64,000 nucleotides of DNA from Escherichia coli (GTDB lineage: Bacteria > Pseudomonadota > Gammaproteobacteria > Enterobacterales > Enterobacteriaceae): NCBI RefSeq assembly GCF_003334765.1, contig NZ_QOWT01000009.1; one strand, written 5' to 3'. Both the position numbers and the translations under genes were made by a program. The first letter of the stretch is position 1. Each line of letters begins with the position of its first letter. The notes beneath the pieces are model-generated. The model saw nothing but the letters and a program-made list of their open reading frames with translations, searched no databases and had not been told where the DNA came from. Below, piece after piece: positions 9,723-20,937 of this stretch.

Positions 9723-10786
9723 TGTACGTTGCCGTGAAAGGGGGCGAGAAGGCGATCGACGCCGCCCACGCCCTGCAAGAGAGCCGACGCCGAGGCGATA
9801 CCGATTTGCCCGAACTGAGCGTCGCCCAGATTGAACAGCAGCTTAACCTCGCGGTAGATCGCGTGATGACCGAAGGCGGCATTGCCGACCGCGAACTGGC
9901 GGCGCTGGCGCTGAAACAGGCCAGCGGCGATAACGTTGAAGCGATTTTCCTGCTGCGCGCCTACCGCACCACGTTGGCGAAGCTGGCGGTAAGCGAGCCG
10001 CTCGACACCACCGGGATGCGTCTCGAACGCCGTATCTCCGCCGTTTATAAAGACATTCCCGGCGGCCAGCTGCTTGGCCCAACCTACGACTACACCCATC
10101 GCCTGCTCGATTTTACCCTGCTGGCAAACGGCGAAGCGCCGACGCTGACCACCGCCGACAGCGAACAGCAGCCGTCGCCGCACGTTTTCAGCCTGCTGGC
10201 GCGTCAGGGGCTGGCGAAGTTTGAAGAGGATAGCGGCGCACAGCCGGATGACATCACCCGCACGCCGCCGGTTTACCCCTGCTCACGCTCCTCCCGTTTG
10301 CAGCAGTTGATGCGCGGCGACGAAGGCTATTTGCTGGCGCTGGCCTACTCCACCCAACGCGGTTACGGGCGCAATCACCCGTTCGCAGGCGAGATCCGCA
10401 GCGGCTATATCGACGTGTCGATTGTGCCGGAAGAGCTGGGATTTGCGGTGAACGTCGGCGAACTGCTGATGACTGAGTGTGAAATGGTTAACGGTTTTAT
10501 CGACCCGCCGGGTGAGCCGCCGCACTTCACGCGCGGCTACGGGCTGGTGTTCGGCATGAGCGAGCGCAAAGCGATGGCGATGGCGCTGGTCGACCGCGCT
10601 CTGCAAGCCCCGGAGTACGGCGAGCACGCGACAGGCCCGGCGCAGGATGAAGAGTTCGTGCTGGCACATGCCGACAACGTCGAAGCCGCAGGCTTTGTCT
10701 CACACCTCAAACTCCCCCACTACGTCGATTTCCAGGCCGAACTGGAGCTACTCAAACGTCTGCAACAGGAGCAGAACCATGGCTAA
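9722..10786 (+). CDS. phnI: C-P lyase complex subunit PhnI (354 aa)
   Basis: Internal ATG 9722 ([13 protein letters not shown]...) overlapping phnH stop as TGATG; ORF track shows longer upstream extension that overlaps phnH. Confidence 0.93.
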   Translation: MYVAVKGGEKAIDAAHALQESRRRGDTDLPELSVAQIEQQLNLAVDRVMTEGGIADRELAALALKQASGDNVEAIFLLRAYRTTLAKLAVSEPLDTTGMRLERRISAVYKDIPGGQLLGPTYDYTHRLLDFTLLANGEAPTLTTADSEQQPSPHVFSLLARQGLAKFEEDSGAQPDDITRTPPVYPCSRSSRLQQLMRGDEGYLLALAYSTQRGYGRNHPFAGEIRSGYIDVSIVPEELGFAVNVGELLMTECEMVNGFIDPPGEPPHFTRGYGLVFGMSERKAMAMALVDRALQAPEYGEHATGPAQDEEFVLAHADNVEAAGFVSHLKLPHYVDFQAELELLKRLQQEQNHG

Positions 10787-11624
10787 TCTGAGCGGCTACA
10801 ACTTTGCCTACCTCGACGAGCAGACCAAACGCATGATCCGCCGCGCCATCTTAAAAGCGGTGGCGATCCCCGGTTATCAGGTGCCGTTTGGCGGGCGCGA
10901 GATGCCGATGCCGTACGGCTGGGGAACCGGCGGCATTCAGCTTACCGCCAGCGTGATTGGCGAAAGCGACGTGCTGAAGGTGATTGACCAGGGCGCGGAT
11001 GACACCACCAACGCCGTGTCGATTCGCAACTTCTTCAAGCGCGTGACCGGGGTAAACACCACGGAACGTACGGACGATGCGACGGTTATCCAGACGCGTC
11101 ACCGCATCCCCGAAACGCCGCTGACCGAAGATCAGATAATTATCTTCCAGGTGCCAATCCCCGAGCCGCTGCGCTTTATCGAGCCGCGCGAAACGGAAAC
11201 CCGCACCATGCACGCGCTGGAAGAGTACGGCGTGATGCAGGTGAAACTGTATGAAGATATCGCCCGCTTCGGTCATATCGCCACCACCTACGCCTATCCG
11301 GTGAAGGTAAATGGGCGCTACGTGATGGACCCGTCGCCGATCCCGAAATTCGATAACCCAAAAATGGACATGATGCCCGCCCTGCAACTGTTCGGCGCGG
11401 GGCGCGAGAAGCGCATCTATGCGGTGCCGCCGTTTACCCGCGTGGAAAGTCTCGATTTCGACGATCACCCGTTCACCGTTCAGCAGTGGGATGAGCCATG
11501 CGCCATCTGCGGATCGACCCACAGCTATCTTGATGAAGTGGTGCTGGATGACGCCGGAAACCGCATGTTTGTCTGCTCCGATACCGATTATTGCCGCCAA
11601 CAGAGCGAGGCAAAAAACCAATGA
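10779..11624 (+). CDS. phnJ: C-P lyase catalytic subunit PhnJ (281 aa)
   Basis: Internal ATG 10779 (MANLSGYNFAYLDEQ...); C-terminal Cys cluster CAICGS...CSDTDYC. Confidence 0.93.
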   Translation: MANLSGYNFAYLDEQTKRMIRRAILKAVAIPGYQVPFGGREMPMPYGWGTGGIQLTASVIGESDVLKVIDQGADDTTNAVSIRNFFKRVTGVNTTERTDDATVIQTRHRIPETPLTEDQIIIFQVPIPEPLRFIEPRETETRTMHALEEYGVMQVKLYEDIARFGHIATTYAYPVKVNGRYVMDPSPIPKFDNPKMDMMPALQLFGAGREKRIYAVPPFTRVESLDFDDHPFTVQQWDEPCAICGSTHSYLDEVVLDDAGNRMFVCSDTDYCRQQSEAKNQ

Positions 11625-12379
11625 ATCAACCGTTACTTTCGGTCAATAACCTGACCCACCTTTACGCGCCGGGCAAAGGCTTTAGCGATGTCTCTTTTGA
11701 TTTATGGCCGGGGGAAGTGCTGGGCATTGTCGGGGAATCCGGCTCCGGGAAGACCACGCTGCTGAAGTCGATCTCCGCGCGCCTGACGCCGCAGCAGGGG
11801 GAAATTCACTACGAGAACCGTTCGCTGTATGCAATGAGCGAGGCCGACCGCCGTCGCCTGCTGCGTACCGAATGGGGCGTGGTGCATCAGCATCCACTCG
11901 ACGGCCTGCGCCGCCAGGTGTCGGCGGGCGGCAATATCGGCGAGCGGCTGATGGCGACCGGGGCACGTCATTACGGCGATATTCGTGCCACCGCGCAGAA
12001 GTGGCTGGAAGAGGTGGAGATTCCCGCCAACCGGATCGACGACCTGCCGACCACCTTTTCCGGCGGTATGCAGCAGCGTTTGCAGATTGCCCGCAACCTG
12101 GTGACGCATCCGAAGCTGGTGTTTATGGATGAACCGACCGGCGGGCTGGATGTGTCGGTGCAGGCCCGCCTGCTCGACCTGCTGCGCGGCCTGGTGGTGG
12201 AGCTGAACCTCGCGGTGGTGATTGTCACCCATGATTTAGGCGTCGCCCGCCTGCTGGCGGACCGTTTGCTGGTGATGAAGCAGGGGCAAGTGGTGGAGAG
12301 TGGGTTAACCGACCGCGTGCTCGACGACCCGCATCATCCGTATACACAGCTGCTGGTGTCATCGGTTTTGCAGAATTGA
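11621..12379 (+). CDS. phnK: C-P lyase-associated ABC-type ATPase PhnK
   Basis: ATG 11621 overlaps phnJ stop (ATGA); Walker [10 protein letters not shown]. Confidence 0.95.
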
Positions 12380-12384
12380 GCCGG

Positions 12385-12470
<86 letters not shown>

Positions 12471-12489
12471 CCGAACCACGAGGCGAAAA

Positions 12490-13170
12490 ATGATTAACGT
12501 ACAAAACGTCAGTAAAACCTTCATCCTGCACCAGCAAAACGGCGTGCGCCTGCCCGTCCTCAATCGCGCCTCGCTCACCGTCAACGCGGGCGAATGCGTG
12601 GTGCTCCACGGCCATTCCGGCAGCGGCAAATCAACTCTGCTACGCTCGCTGTACGCCAACTATCTGCCCGACGAAGGTCAAATCCAGATCAAACACGGTG
12701 ACGAGTGGGTAGACCTGGTCACCGCGCCAGCGCGCAAAGTGGTGGAAATCCGCAAAACCACCGTCGGCTGGGTGAGCCAGTTTCTGCGCGTCATCCCGCG
12801 TATCTCAGCACTGGAAGTGGTGATGCAGCCGCTGCTCGATACCGGCGTTCCGCGTGAAGCCTGCGCCGCTAAAGCCGCGCGTCTTCTCACCCGCCTGAAC
12901 GTGCCGGAACGCCTGTGGCACCTGGCACCATCGACATTTTCCGGTGGCGAACAGCAGCGCGTCAACATCGCCCGCGGCTTTATCGTCGACTACCCCATTC
13001 TGCTGCTTGACGAACCTACCGCCTCGCTGGACGCCAAAAACAGCGCCGCGGTGGTGGAACTGATTCGCGAAGCCAAAACCCGTGGCGCAGCCATCGTAGG
13101 CATCTTCCATGACGAAGCTGTACGTAATGACGTCGCCGACCGCCTGCACCCAATGGGAGCCTCTTCATGA
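12490..13170 (+). CDS. phnL: C-P lyase-associated ABC-type ATPase PhnL (226 aa)
   Basis: ATG 12490 ([11 protein letters not shown]...); Walker [10 protein letters not shown]; ORF-track upstream extension runs through the REP element and is rejected. Confidence 0.93.
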
Positions 13171-14303
13171 TTATCAATAACGTTAAGCTGGTGCTGGAAA
13201 ACGAGGTGGTAAGCGGTTCGCTGGAGGTGCAGAACGGCGAAATCCGCGCCTTTGCCGAAAGCCAGAGCCGCCTGCCGGAGGCGATGGACGGCGAAGGCGG
13301 CTGGCTGCTGCCGGGGCTGATTGAGCTGCATACCGATAATCTGGATAAATTCTTCACCCCGCGCCCGAAAGTTGACTGGCCTGCCCACTCGGCGATGAGC
13401 AGCCACGACGCGCTGATGGTGGCGAGCGGCATCACCACCGTACTGGATGCCGTGGCAATTGGCGACGTGCGCGACGGCGGCGATCGGCTGGAGAATCTGG
13501 AGAAGATGATCAACGCCATCGAAGAGACGCAGAAACGCGGCGTCAACCGCGCCGAGCACCGTCTGCATCTGCGCTGCGAACTGCCGCATCACACCACGCT
13601 GCCGCTGTTTGAAAAACTGGTGCAGCGCGAGCCGGTGACGCTGGTGTCGCTGATGGACCACTCGCCGGGCCAGCGCCAGTTCGCCAACCGCAAGAAGTAT
13701 CGCGAATATTATCAGGGCAAATACTCCCTCACTGATGCGCAGATGCAGCAGTACGAAGAAGAGCAACTGGCGCTCGCCGCACGCTGGTCGCAGCCGAATC
13801 GCGAATCCATCGCCGCCCTGTGCCGCGCGCGAAAAATTGCGCTTGCCAGCCACGATGACGCCACCCACGCCCACGTTGCTGAATCTCACCAGCTTGGCAG
13901 CGTGATCGCCGAATTTCCCACCACGTTCGAAGCGGCGGAAGCCTCGCGCAAGCATGGCATGAACGTGCTGATGGGCGCGCCGAATATTGTGCGCGGCGGC
14001 TCGCACTCCGGCAACGTGGCGGCCAGTGAACTGGCGCAGCTTGGCCTGCTGGATATCCTCTCTTCCGACTACTACCCCGCCAGCCTGCTCGATGCGGCAT
14101 TTCGCGTCGCCGATGACCAGAGCAACCGCTTTACGCTGCCGCAGGCGGTGAAGCTGGTGACTAAAAATCCAGCGCAGGCGCTTAATCTCCAGGATCGCGG
14201 GGTGATTGGCGAGGGCAAACGCGCCGACCTGGTGCTGGCGCATCGCAAGGACAATCATATTCATATCGACCACGTCTGGCGTCAGGGTAAAAGGGTGTTC
14301 TGA
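13167..14303 (+). CDS. phnM: Amidohydrolase-family PhnM (ribose-triphosphate diphosphohydrolase of the C-P lyase pathway)
   Basis: ORF track; start overlaps phnL stop. Confidence 0.95.
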
Positions 14304-14860
14304 TGATGGGAAAACTGATTTGGTTAATGGGGCCGTCCGGCTCCGGGAAAGACAGCCTGCTGGCGGAACTCCGCCTGCGGGAACAAACTCAGTTACTGGT
14401 GGCGCATCGCTACATCACGCGCGATGCCAGCGCCGGAAGTGAAAACCATATCGCCCTGAGCGAGCAGGAGTTTTTTACCCGCGCGGGGCAAAATCTGTTG
14501 GCCTTAAGCTGGCACGCTAACGGTCTGTATTATGGCGTCGGCGTCGAGATTGATCTCTGGCTGCACGCCGGATTCGACGTGCTGGTCAACGGCTCACGCG
14601 CCCATCTGCCGCAGGCGCGGGCGCGCTATCAATCGGCGCTGCTGCCCGTCTGTTTACAGGTTTCGCCGGAGATCCTCCGCCAGCGCCTGGAAAACCGTGG
14701 CCGTGAAAACGCCAGTGAAATTAACGCCCGCCTGGCGCGCGCCGCCCGCTATACTCCACAGGATTGCCATACGCTCAACAATGACGGCAGCCTGCGCCAG
14801 TCGGTCGACACGCTGCTGACGCTGATCCATCAGAAGGAGAAACACCATGCCTGCTTGTGA
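14303..14860 (+). CDS. phnN: Ribose 1,5-bisphosphate phosphokinase PhnN
   Basis: ORF track; P-loop GPSGSGKDS; start overlaps phnM stop (TGATG). Confidence 0.95.
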
Positions 14861-15281
14861 GCTTCGCCCGGCCACGCAGTACGACACCGACGCGGTTTAC
14901 GCGCTGATTTGTGAGCTAAAACAGGCGGAGTTTGACCACCACGCGTTTCGCGTGGGTTTTAACGCCAATCTGCGCGACCCAAACATGCGCTACCATCTGG
15001 CGCTGCTTGATGGCGAAGTTGTCGGCATGATCGGCCTGCATTTGCAGTTTCATCTGCATCATGTCAACTGGATCGGCGAAATTCAGGAGTTGGTGGTAAT
15101 GCCGCAGGCGCGCGGTCTGAACGTCGGCAGTAAGTTACTGGCGTGGGCAGAAGAAGAAGCCCGCCAGGCCGGGGCCGAAATGACCGAACTTTCGACCAAC
15201 GTGAAGCGCCACGACGCGCACCGTTTCTATCTGCGCGAAGGCTACGAGCAGAGCCACTTCCGCTTCACCAAGGCGCTGTAA
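14847..15281 (+). CDS. phnO: GNAT acetyltransferase PhnO (aminoalkylphosphonate N-acetyltransferase)
   Basis: ORF track; overlaps phnN end. Confidence 0.94.
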
Positions 15282-15282
15282 C

Positions 15283-16041
15283 ATGAGCCTGACCCTCACG
15301 CTCACCGGCACCGGCGGCGCACAGGGCGTTCCGGCATGGGGCTGCGAGTGTGCGGCCTGCGCCAGAGCGCGGCGCTCGCCGCAGTATCGCCGCCAACCGT
15401 GCAGCGGCGTAGTGAAGTTTAACGACGCAATCACCCTGATCGACGCCGGGCTGCACGATCTCGCCGATCGCTGGTCGCCCGGATCGTTCCAGCAGTTTTT
15501 GCTGACGCATTATCATATGGATCACGTCCAGGGGCTGTTTCCGCTGCGCTGGGGCGTTGGCGATCCGATCCCGGTTTACGGCCCGCCGGATGAACAGGGC
15601 TGCGACGATCTGTTTAAACATCCGGGCCTGCTTGATTTCAGCCACACGGTGGAACCGTTTGTGGTGTTTGATTTGCAGGGGTTACAGGTCACGCCCCTGC
15701 CGCTCAACCACTCAAAACTGACCTTCGGTTATCTGCTGGAAACGGCACACAGCCGGGTGGCGTGGCTGTCTGACACCGCAGGCTTGCCGGAAAAAACGCT
15801 GAAATTTTTACGCAATAATCAGCCGCAGGTAATGGTGATGGATTGCAGTCACCCGCCGCGCGCGGATGCACCGCGTAATCACTGTGATTTAAATACCGTG
15901 CTTGCGCTGAATCAGGTTATCCGCTCGCCACGGGTGATTCTGACCCATATCAGCCACCAGTTTGATGCGTGGCTGATGGAAAACGCACTACCGTCAGGGT
16001 TTGAGGTGGGGTTTGATGGGATGGAGATTGGGGTGGCGTGA
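15283..16041 (+). CDS. phnP: Metallo-beta-lactamase-fold phosphodiesterase PhnP
   Basis: ORF track; HxHxDH motif (THYHMDH) in translation. Confidence 0.95.
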
Positions 16042-16059
16042 TGAGAGGGAATGTGCGCG

Positions 16060-16170
16060 CTGGCCCCCTCACCCTAACCCTCTCCCCAGAGGGGCGAGGG
16101 GACCGATTGTGCTCGATATTGAATATTGCGCTCGTTTTCTCCCTCTCCCCATTGGGGTGAGGGGCGATGC
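16060..16170. repeat. Pair of GC-rich imperfect palindromes (ccctctcccc-N3-ggggNgagggg) downstream of phnP
   Basis: Two copies read directly (16066..16103 and 16141..16167); family assignment not possible without a search. Confidence 0.6.
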
Positions 16171-16187
16171 CTGCTCCATACCCAACC

Positions 16188-16517
16188 TCATCGCCCATAC
16201 TCATCTTCCATTCTCCGCTCTTCATCCTCCAGTTGCCGACGCTCCTGATCAAGCTGGCGCTGGCGATCGTCCAGCTGCCTGCGGCGATCTTCAAACTGGC
16301 GGCGGCGGTCGTCATATTGTCTGCGCCGATCGTCGCTCACTTCACGCTGCCAGCCGTCGTCGCGCGAATCTTCATAGTCTCGCCCACGGTCAGGGTTATA
16401 AGCGTCATTAATCGCCTGCTGAATATTGCCAATGGTGTCGTCGATAATATCGGCCTGGGCCGGAACGGTGGACAGCGTGAGCAGGGTGAATAAAAGAAAT
16501 AGCGGAAAGCGTTTCAT
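16188..16517 (-). CDS. yjdP: Secreted low-complexity protein YjdP (109 aa)
   Basis: ORF track; signal peptide then highly charged repetitive D/R/Q/E-rich region (DDRRRQ-like repeats). Confidence 0.85.
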   Translation of the reverse strand: MKRFPLFLLFTLLTLSTVPAQADIIDDTIGNIQQAINDAYNPDRGRDYEDSRDDGWQREVSDDRRRQYDDRRRQFEDRRRQLDDRQRQLDQERRQLEDEERRMEDEYGR

Positions 16518-16585
16518 TAGCCAACCTCAAAAAGAAACTCTATCCACATTAATCATTACTCATCCATGCAAGTAGTGGATGAATC

Positions 16586-17035
16586 TCAATTTCTCCGCTG
16601 CTCTATTGCCGTAATCGCCTCCACGCGTTGTTGATGACGACCGCCTTCGTACTGTGCGCCCAGCCACGCATCCACAATCATTTTTGCCAGTTCGAGGCCA
16701 ACCACTCGTGAACCAAAAGCCAGCACGTTGGTGTCGTTATGCTGCCGCGAAAGTTGCGCGGAATAAGGTTCGCTACAGACGACCGCGCGAATTCCGGCAA
16801 ACTTGTTCGCCGCTATCGAAATACCGACGCCAGTACCACAAATCAAAATCCCGCCATCAACCTCTCCGCCAGCAACAGCCAGTGCGACTTGACTGGCGTA
16901 ATGTGGATAATCAGTACGCTCTGACGACCAGGTTCCTTTATCAATCACTTCAACGCCACGCTCAACTAAATGTGCCACTATTTCATGTTTTAAAATGAAA
17001 CCGACATGATCACAGCCAAATGCAATCTTTTTCAT
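16586..17035 (-). CDS. rpiB: Ribose-5-phosphate isomerase B / allose-6-phosphate isomerase
   Basis: ORF track, 149 aa, recognised RpiB/LacAB-family sequence. Confidence 0.95.
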   Translation of the reverse strand: MKKIAFGCDHVGFILKHEIVAHLVERGVEVIDKGTWSSERTDYPHYASQVALAVAGGEVDGGILICGTGVGISIAANKFAGIRAVVCSEPYSAQLSRQHNDTNVLAFGSRVVGLELAKMIVDAWLGAQYEGGRHQQRVEAITAIEQRRN

Positions 17036-17393
17036 TCATCTTCCCCGTCCGTGCAAAACTTCACAATCAAAAAACATTTGTGATGTTAATGAATTAAAAA
17101 CACCCAAAATCGATGAATTACGCCTTCCTGATCTGTTTTACAGAGTTACATCTGACAGCGCAATAGCGTTAAAGACACTCACCATCCAGCAACATCTATC
17201 ATCTAAAAAACCAGAAAAACAAATAACATCATGTTTTTAAACTAATTAAATGAAATAAAATTTTAAGCCACTCGCCATTGTTCACAATAAAATAAACTTT
17301 ATAAATTTTATTTTTTTGTGAAGTCGCCAGCATCTTTTCTGTTCTTGCTGTGGTGATATAGTGGCGTCTTCAATTCAAGGACAAGAGAACGTG

Positions 17394-18284
17394 ATGAGCC
17401 AGTCAGAGTTTGATTCAGCGCTTCCGAACGGTATAGGGTTAGCGCCTTACCTGCGAATGAAGCAGGAAGGAATGACAGAAAATGAAAGCCGCATCGTGGA
17501 GTGGTTACTCAAACCCGGTAACCTGAGTTGTGCACCCGCAATTAAAGATGTCGCAGAAGCTCTGGCGGTATCTGAAGCGATGATAGTTAAGGTATCAAAG
17601 CTGCTGGGGTTTAGCGGCTTTCGTAACTTACGCAGTGCGCTGGAAGATTATTTTTCTCAGTCAGAACAGGTATTGCCTTCCGAGTTGGCTTTTGATGAAG
17701 CGCCGCAGGATGTGGTGAATAAGGTATTTAACATCACTTTACGCACCATTATGGAAGGTCAGTCGATCGTCAACGTTGATGAGATCCACCGTGCCGCCCG
17801 CTTTTTCTATCAGGCCAGACAGCGGGATTTGTACGGTGCCGGAGGATCAAATGCTATCTGTGCTGATGTACAGCACAAGTTCTTGCGCATTGGCGTACGC
17901 TGTCAGGCCTATCCTGATGCTCACATCATGATGATGTCCGCTTCGTTGTTACAGGAAGGAGATGTTGTGCTGGTAGTGACCCATTCCGGGCGAACCAGTG
18001 ATGTAAAAGCGGCCGTAGAACTGGCAAAAAAGAACGGGGCAAAGATTATTTGTATAACCCATAGCTACCATTCACCGATAGCGAAACTGGCCGATTATAT
18101 TATTTGCTCACCAGCCCCGGAAACGCCGTTATTAGGTCGTAATGCCTCGGCAAGAATATTACAACTAACTTTGCTGGACGCTTTTTTTGTCTCTGTCGCC
18201 CAGCTCAACATTGAACAAGCTAATATTAATATGCAAAAAACCGGCGCAATTGTTGATTTCTTCTCACCAGGCGCGCTGAAATAA
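17394..18284 (+). CDS. rpiR: RpiR/AlsR transcriptional repressor (HTH + SIS domain), 296 aa
   Basis: ATG 17394 with aagga RBS within ORF 17361..18284. Confidence 0.92.
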   Translation: MSQSEFDSALPNGIGLAPYLRMKQEGMTENESRIVEWLLKPGNLSCAPAIKDVAEALAVSEAMIVKVSKLLGFSGFRNLRSALEDYFSQSEQVLPSELAFDEAPQDVVNKVFNITLRTIMEGQSIVNVDEIHRAARFFYQARQRDLYGAGGSNAICADVQHKFLRIGVRCQAYPDAHIMMMSASLLQEGDVVLVVTHSGRTSDVKAAVELAKKNGAKIICITHSYHSPIAKLADYIICSPAPETPLLGRNASARILQLTLLDAFFVSVAQLNIEQANINMQKTGAIVDFFSPGALK

Positions 18285-18342
18285 GAAAAAGGTAATTCCG
18301 CCATCGCGGAGTTACCTGTCCCCTTACCGTGAGAACATTATT

Positions 18343-19278
18343 ATGAATAAATATCTGAAATATTTCAGCGGCACACTCGTGGGCTTAATGTTGTCAACCA
18401 GCGCTTTTGCTGCCGCCGAATATGCTGTCGTATTGAAAACCCTCTCCAACCCATTTTGGGTAGATATGAAAAAAGGCATTGAAGATGAAGCAAAAACACT
18501 GGGCGTCAGCGTTGATATTTTTGCCTCTCCTTCAGAAGGCGATTTTCAATCTCAATTGCAGTTATTTGAAGATCTCAGTAATAAAAATTACAAAGGTATC
18601 GCCTTCGCTCCATTATCCTCAGTGAATCTGGTCATGCCTGTCGCCCGCGCATGGAAAAAAGGCATTTATCTGGTTAATCTCGATGAAAAAATCGACATGG
18701 ATAATCTGAAAAAAGCTGGCGGCAATGTGGAAGCTTTTGTCACCACCGATAACGTTGCTGTCGGGGCGAAAGGCGCGTCGTTCATTATTGACAAATTGGG
18801 CGCTGAAGGTGGTGAAGTCGCAATCATTGAGGGTAAAGCCGGTAACGCCTCCGGTGAAGCGCGTCGTAATGGTGCCACCGAAGCCTTCAAAAAAGCAAGC
18901 CAGATCAAGCTTGTCGCCAGCCAGCCTGCCGACTGGGACCGCATTAAAGCACTGGATGTCGCCACTAACGTGTTGCAACGTAATCCGAATATTAAAGCGA
19001 TCTATTGCGCGAATGACACGATGGCAATGGGTGTTGCTCAGGCAGTCGCAAACGCCGGAAAAACGGGAAAAGTGCTGGTCGTCGGTACAGATGGCATTCC
19101 GGAAGCCCGCAAAATGGTGGAAGCCGGACAAATGACCGCGACGGTTGCCCAGAACCCGGCGGATATCGGCGCAACGGGTCTGAAGCTGATGGTTGACGCT
19201 GAGAAATCCGGCAAGGTTATCCCGCTGGATAAAGCACCGGAATTTAAACTGGTCGATTCAATCCTGGTCACTCAATAA
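18343..19278 (+). CDS. alsB: D-allose ABC transporter periplasmic binding protein
   Basis: ORF track; signal peptide; recognised sequence. Confidence 0.95.
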   Translation: MNKYLKYFSGTLVGLMLSTSAFAAAEYAVVLKTLSNPFWVDMKKGIEDEAKTLGVSVDIFASPSEGDFQSQLQLFEDLSNKNYKGIAFAPLSSVNLVMPVARAWKKGIYLVNLDEKIDMDNLKKAGGNVEAFVTTDNVAVGAKGASFIIDKLGAEGGEVAIIEGKAGNASGEARRNGATEAFKKASQIKLVASQPADWDRIKALDVATNVLQRNPNIKAIYCANDTMAMGVAQAVANAGKTGKVLVVGTDGIPEARKMVEAGQMTATVAQNPADIGATGLKLMVDAEKSGKVIPLDKAPEFKLVDSILVTQ

Positions 19279-19404
19279 AACTGAATGATGCCGGATGATG
19301 ATGCTAATGAAGTGTCTTATCCGGCCAACAAAATAACCTGAACGTAGACCTGATAAATGTAGCCATCAGGCAATAATACGATATTTCGTGCAGAGAGGTT
19401 ATTT

Positions 19405-20937
19405 ATGGCCACGCCATATATATCGATGGCGGGGATCGGCAAGTCCTTTGGTCCGGTTCACGCATTAAAGTCGGTTAATTTAACGGTTTATCCTGGTGAA
19501 ATACATGCATTACTAGGAGAAAATGGCGCGGGTAAATCCACGCTAATGAAAGTTTTATCCGGAATACATGAGCCGACCAAAGGCACCATTACCATTAATA
19601 ACATTAGCTATAACAAGCTGGATCATAAATTAGCGGCACAACTCGGTATCGGGATTATTTATCAGGAACTCAGCGTTATTGATGAATTAACCGTACTGGA
19701 AAATTTATATATTGGTCGTCATCTGACGAAAAAAATCTGTGGCGTCAATATTATCGACTGGCGAGAAATGCGTGTCCGCGCCGCCATGATGTTATTACGC
19801 GTGGGCTTGAAAGTTGATCTAGATGAGAAAGTGGCGAATTTATCTATCAGCCACAAGCAGATGCTAGAAATTGCCAAAACGCTGATGCTCGATGCCAAAG
19901 TCATCATCATGGATGAACCCACCTCCTCACTCACCAATAAAGAGGTGGACTATCTGTTTCTGATCATGAATCAGTTGCGTAAAGAGGGTACGGCCATCGT
20001 CTATATCTCGCATAAGTTGGCGGAAATTCGCCGTATTTGCGACCGCTATACGGTGATGAAAGACGGCAGCAGCGTTTGCAGCGGCATAGTAAGCGATGTG
20101 TCAAATGACGATATCGTCCGTCTGATGGTAGGCCGCGAACTGCAAAACCGTTTTAACGCGATGAAGGAGAATGTCAGCAACCTTGCGCACGAAACGGTTT
20201 TTGAGGTGCGGAACGTCACCAGTCGTGACAGAAAAAAGGTCCGGGATATCTCATTTAGCGTCTGCCGGGGAGAAATATTAGGCTTTGCCGGACTGGTCGG
20301 TTCCGGACGTACTGAACTGATGAATTGTCTGTTTGGCGTGGATAAACGCGCTGGCGGAGAAATCCGTCTTAATGGCAAAGATATCTCTCCACGTTCACCC
20401 CTGGATGCCGTGAAAAAAGGGATGGCTTACATCACTGAAAGCCGCCGGGATAACGGTTTTTTCCCCAACTTTTCCATCGCTCAGAACATGGCGATCAGCC
20501 GCAGTCTGAAAGACGGCGGCTATAAAGGCGCGATGGGCTTGTTTCATGAAGTTGACGAGCAACGTACCGCTGAAAATCAACGCGAACTGCTGGCGCTGAA
20601 ATGTCATTCGGTAAACCAGAATATCACCGAACTCTCCGGGGGAAATCAGCAGAAAGTCCTGATCTCCAAATGGCTGTGCTGTTGCCCGGAAGTGATTATT
20701 TTCGATGAACCTACCCGCGGCATCGACGTTGGCGCGAAAGCCGAAATTTACAAAGTGATGCGCCAACTGGCGGACGACGGAAAAGTCATCCTGATGGTGT
20801 CATCTGAACTACCTGAAATTATCACCGTCTGCGACCGCATCGCCGTGTTCTGCGAAGGACGACTGACGCAAATCCTGACGAATCGCGATGACATGAGCGA
20901 AGAGGAGATTATGGCATGGGCTTTACCACAAGAGTAA
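19405..20937 (+). CDS. alsA: D-allose ABC transporter ATP-binding protein (two ABC modules)
   Basis: ORF track; Walker A GENGAGKST and second ABC domain. Confidence 0.95.
   Translation: MATPYISMAGIGKSFGPVHALKSVNLTVYPGEIHALLGENGAGKSTLMKVLSGIHEPTKGTITINNISYNKLDHKLAAQLGIGIIYQELSVIDELTVLENLYIGRHLTKKICGVNIIDWREMRVRAAMMLLRVGLKVDLDEKVANLSISHKQMLEIAKTLMLDAKVIIMDEPTSSLTNKEVDYLFLIMNQLRKEGTAIVYISHKLAEIRRICDRYTVMKDGSSVCSGIVSDVSNDDIVRLMVGRELQNRFNAMKENVSNLAHETVFEVRNVTSRDRKKVRDISFSVCRGEILGFAGLVGSGRTELMNCLFGVDKRAGGEIRLNGKDISPRSPLDAVKKGMAYITESRRDNGFFPNFSIAQNMAISRSLKDGGYKGAMGLFHEVDEQRTAENQRELLALKCHSVNQNITELSGGNQQKVLISKWLCCCPEVIIFDEPTRGIDVGAKAEIYKVMRQLADDGKVILMVSSELPEIITVCDRIAVFCEGRLTQILTNRDDMSEEEIMAWALPQE

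Noticed and set aside
12990-14273. Long antisense ORF (427 aa) opposite phnL/phnM, and similar antisense ORFs at 24496..25779, 43214..44377, 6156..6869, 10851..11621, 34854..35672, 49967..50845, 50553..51155
   Set aside because: They fully overlap recognised genes on the opposite strand and have Arg/His/Gln-rich low-complexity composition typical of antisense frames in GC-rich coding DNA.
16001-16411. ORF of 136 aa spanning the GC-rich palindromes and antisense to yjdP
   Set aside because: Reads through repeat hairpins and the opposite strand of yjdP; Pro/Arg/Gly-rich translation; no plausible start context.
19289-19326. Possible REP element between alsB and alsA
   Set aside because: Only a degenerate partial palindrome (gccggatga...cttatccggcc); too weak to call confidently.
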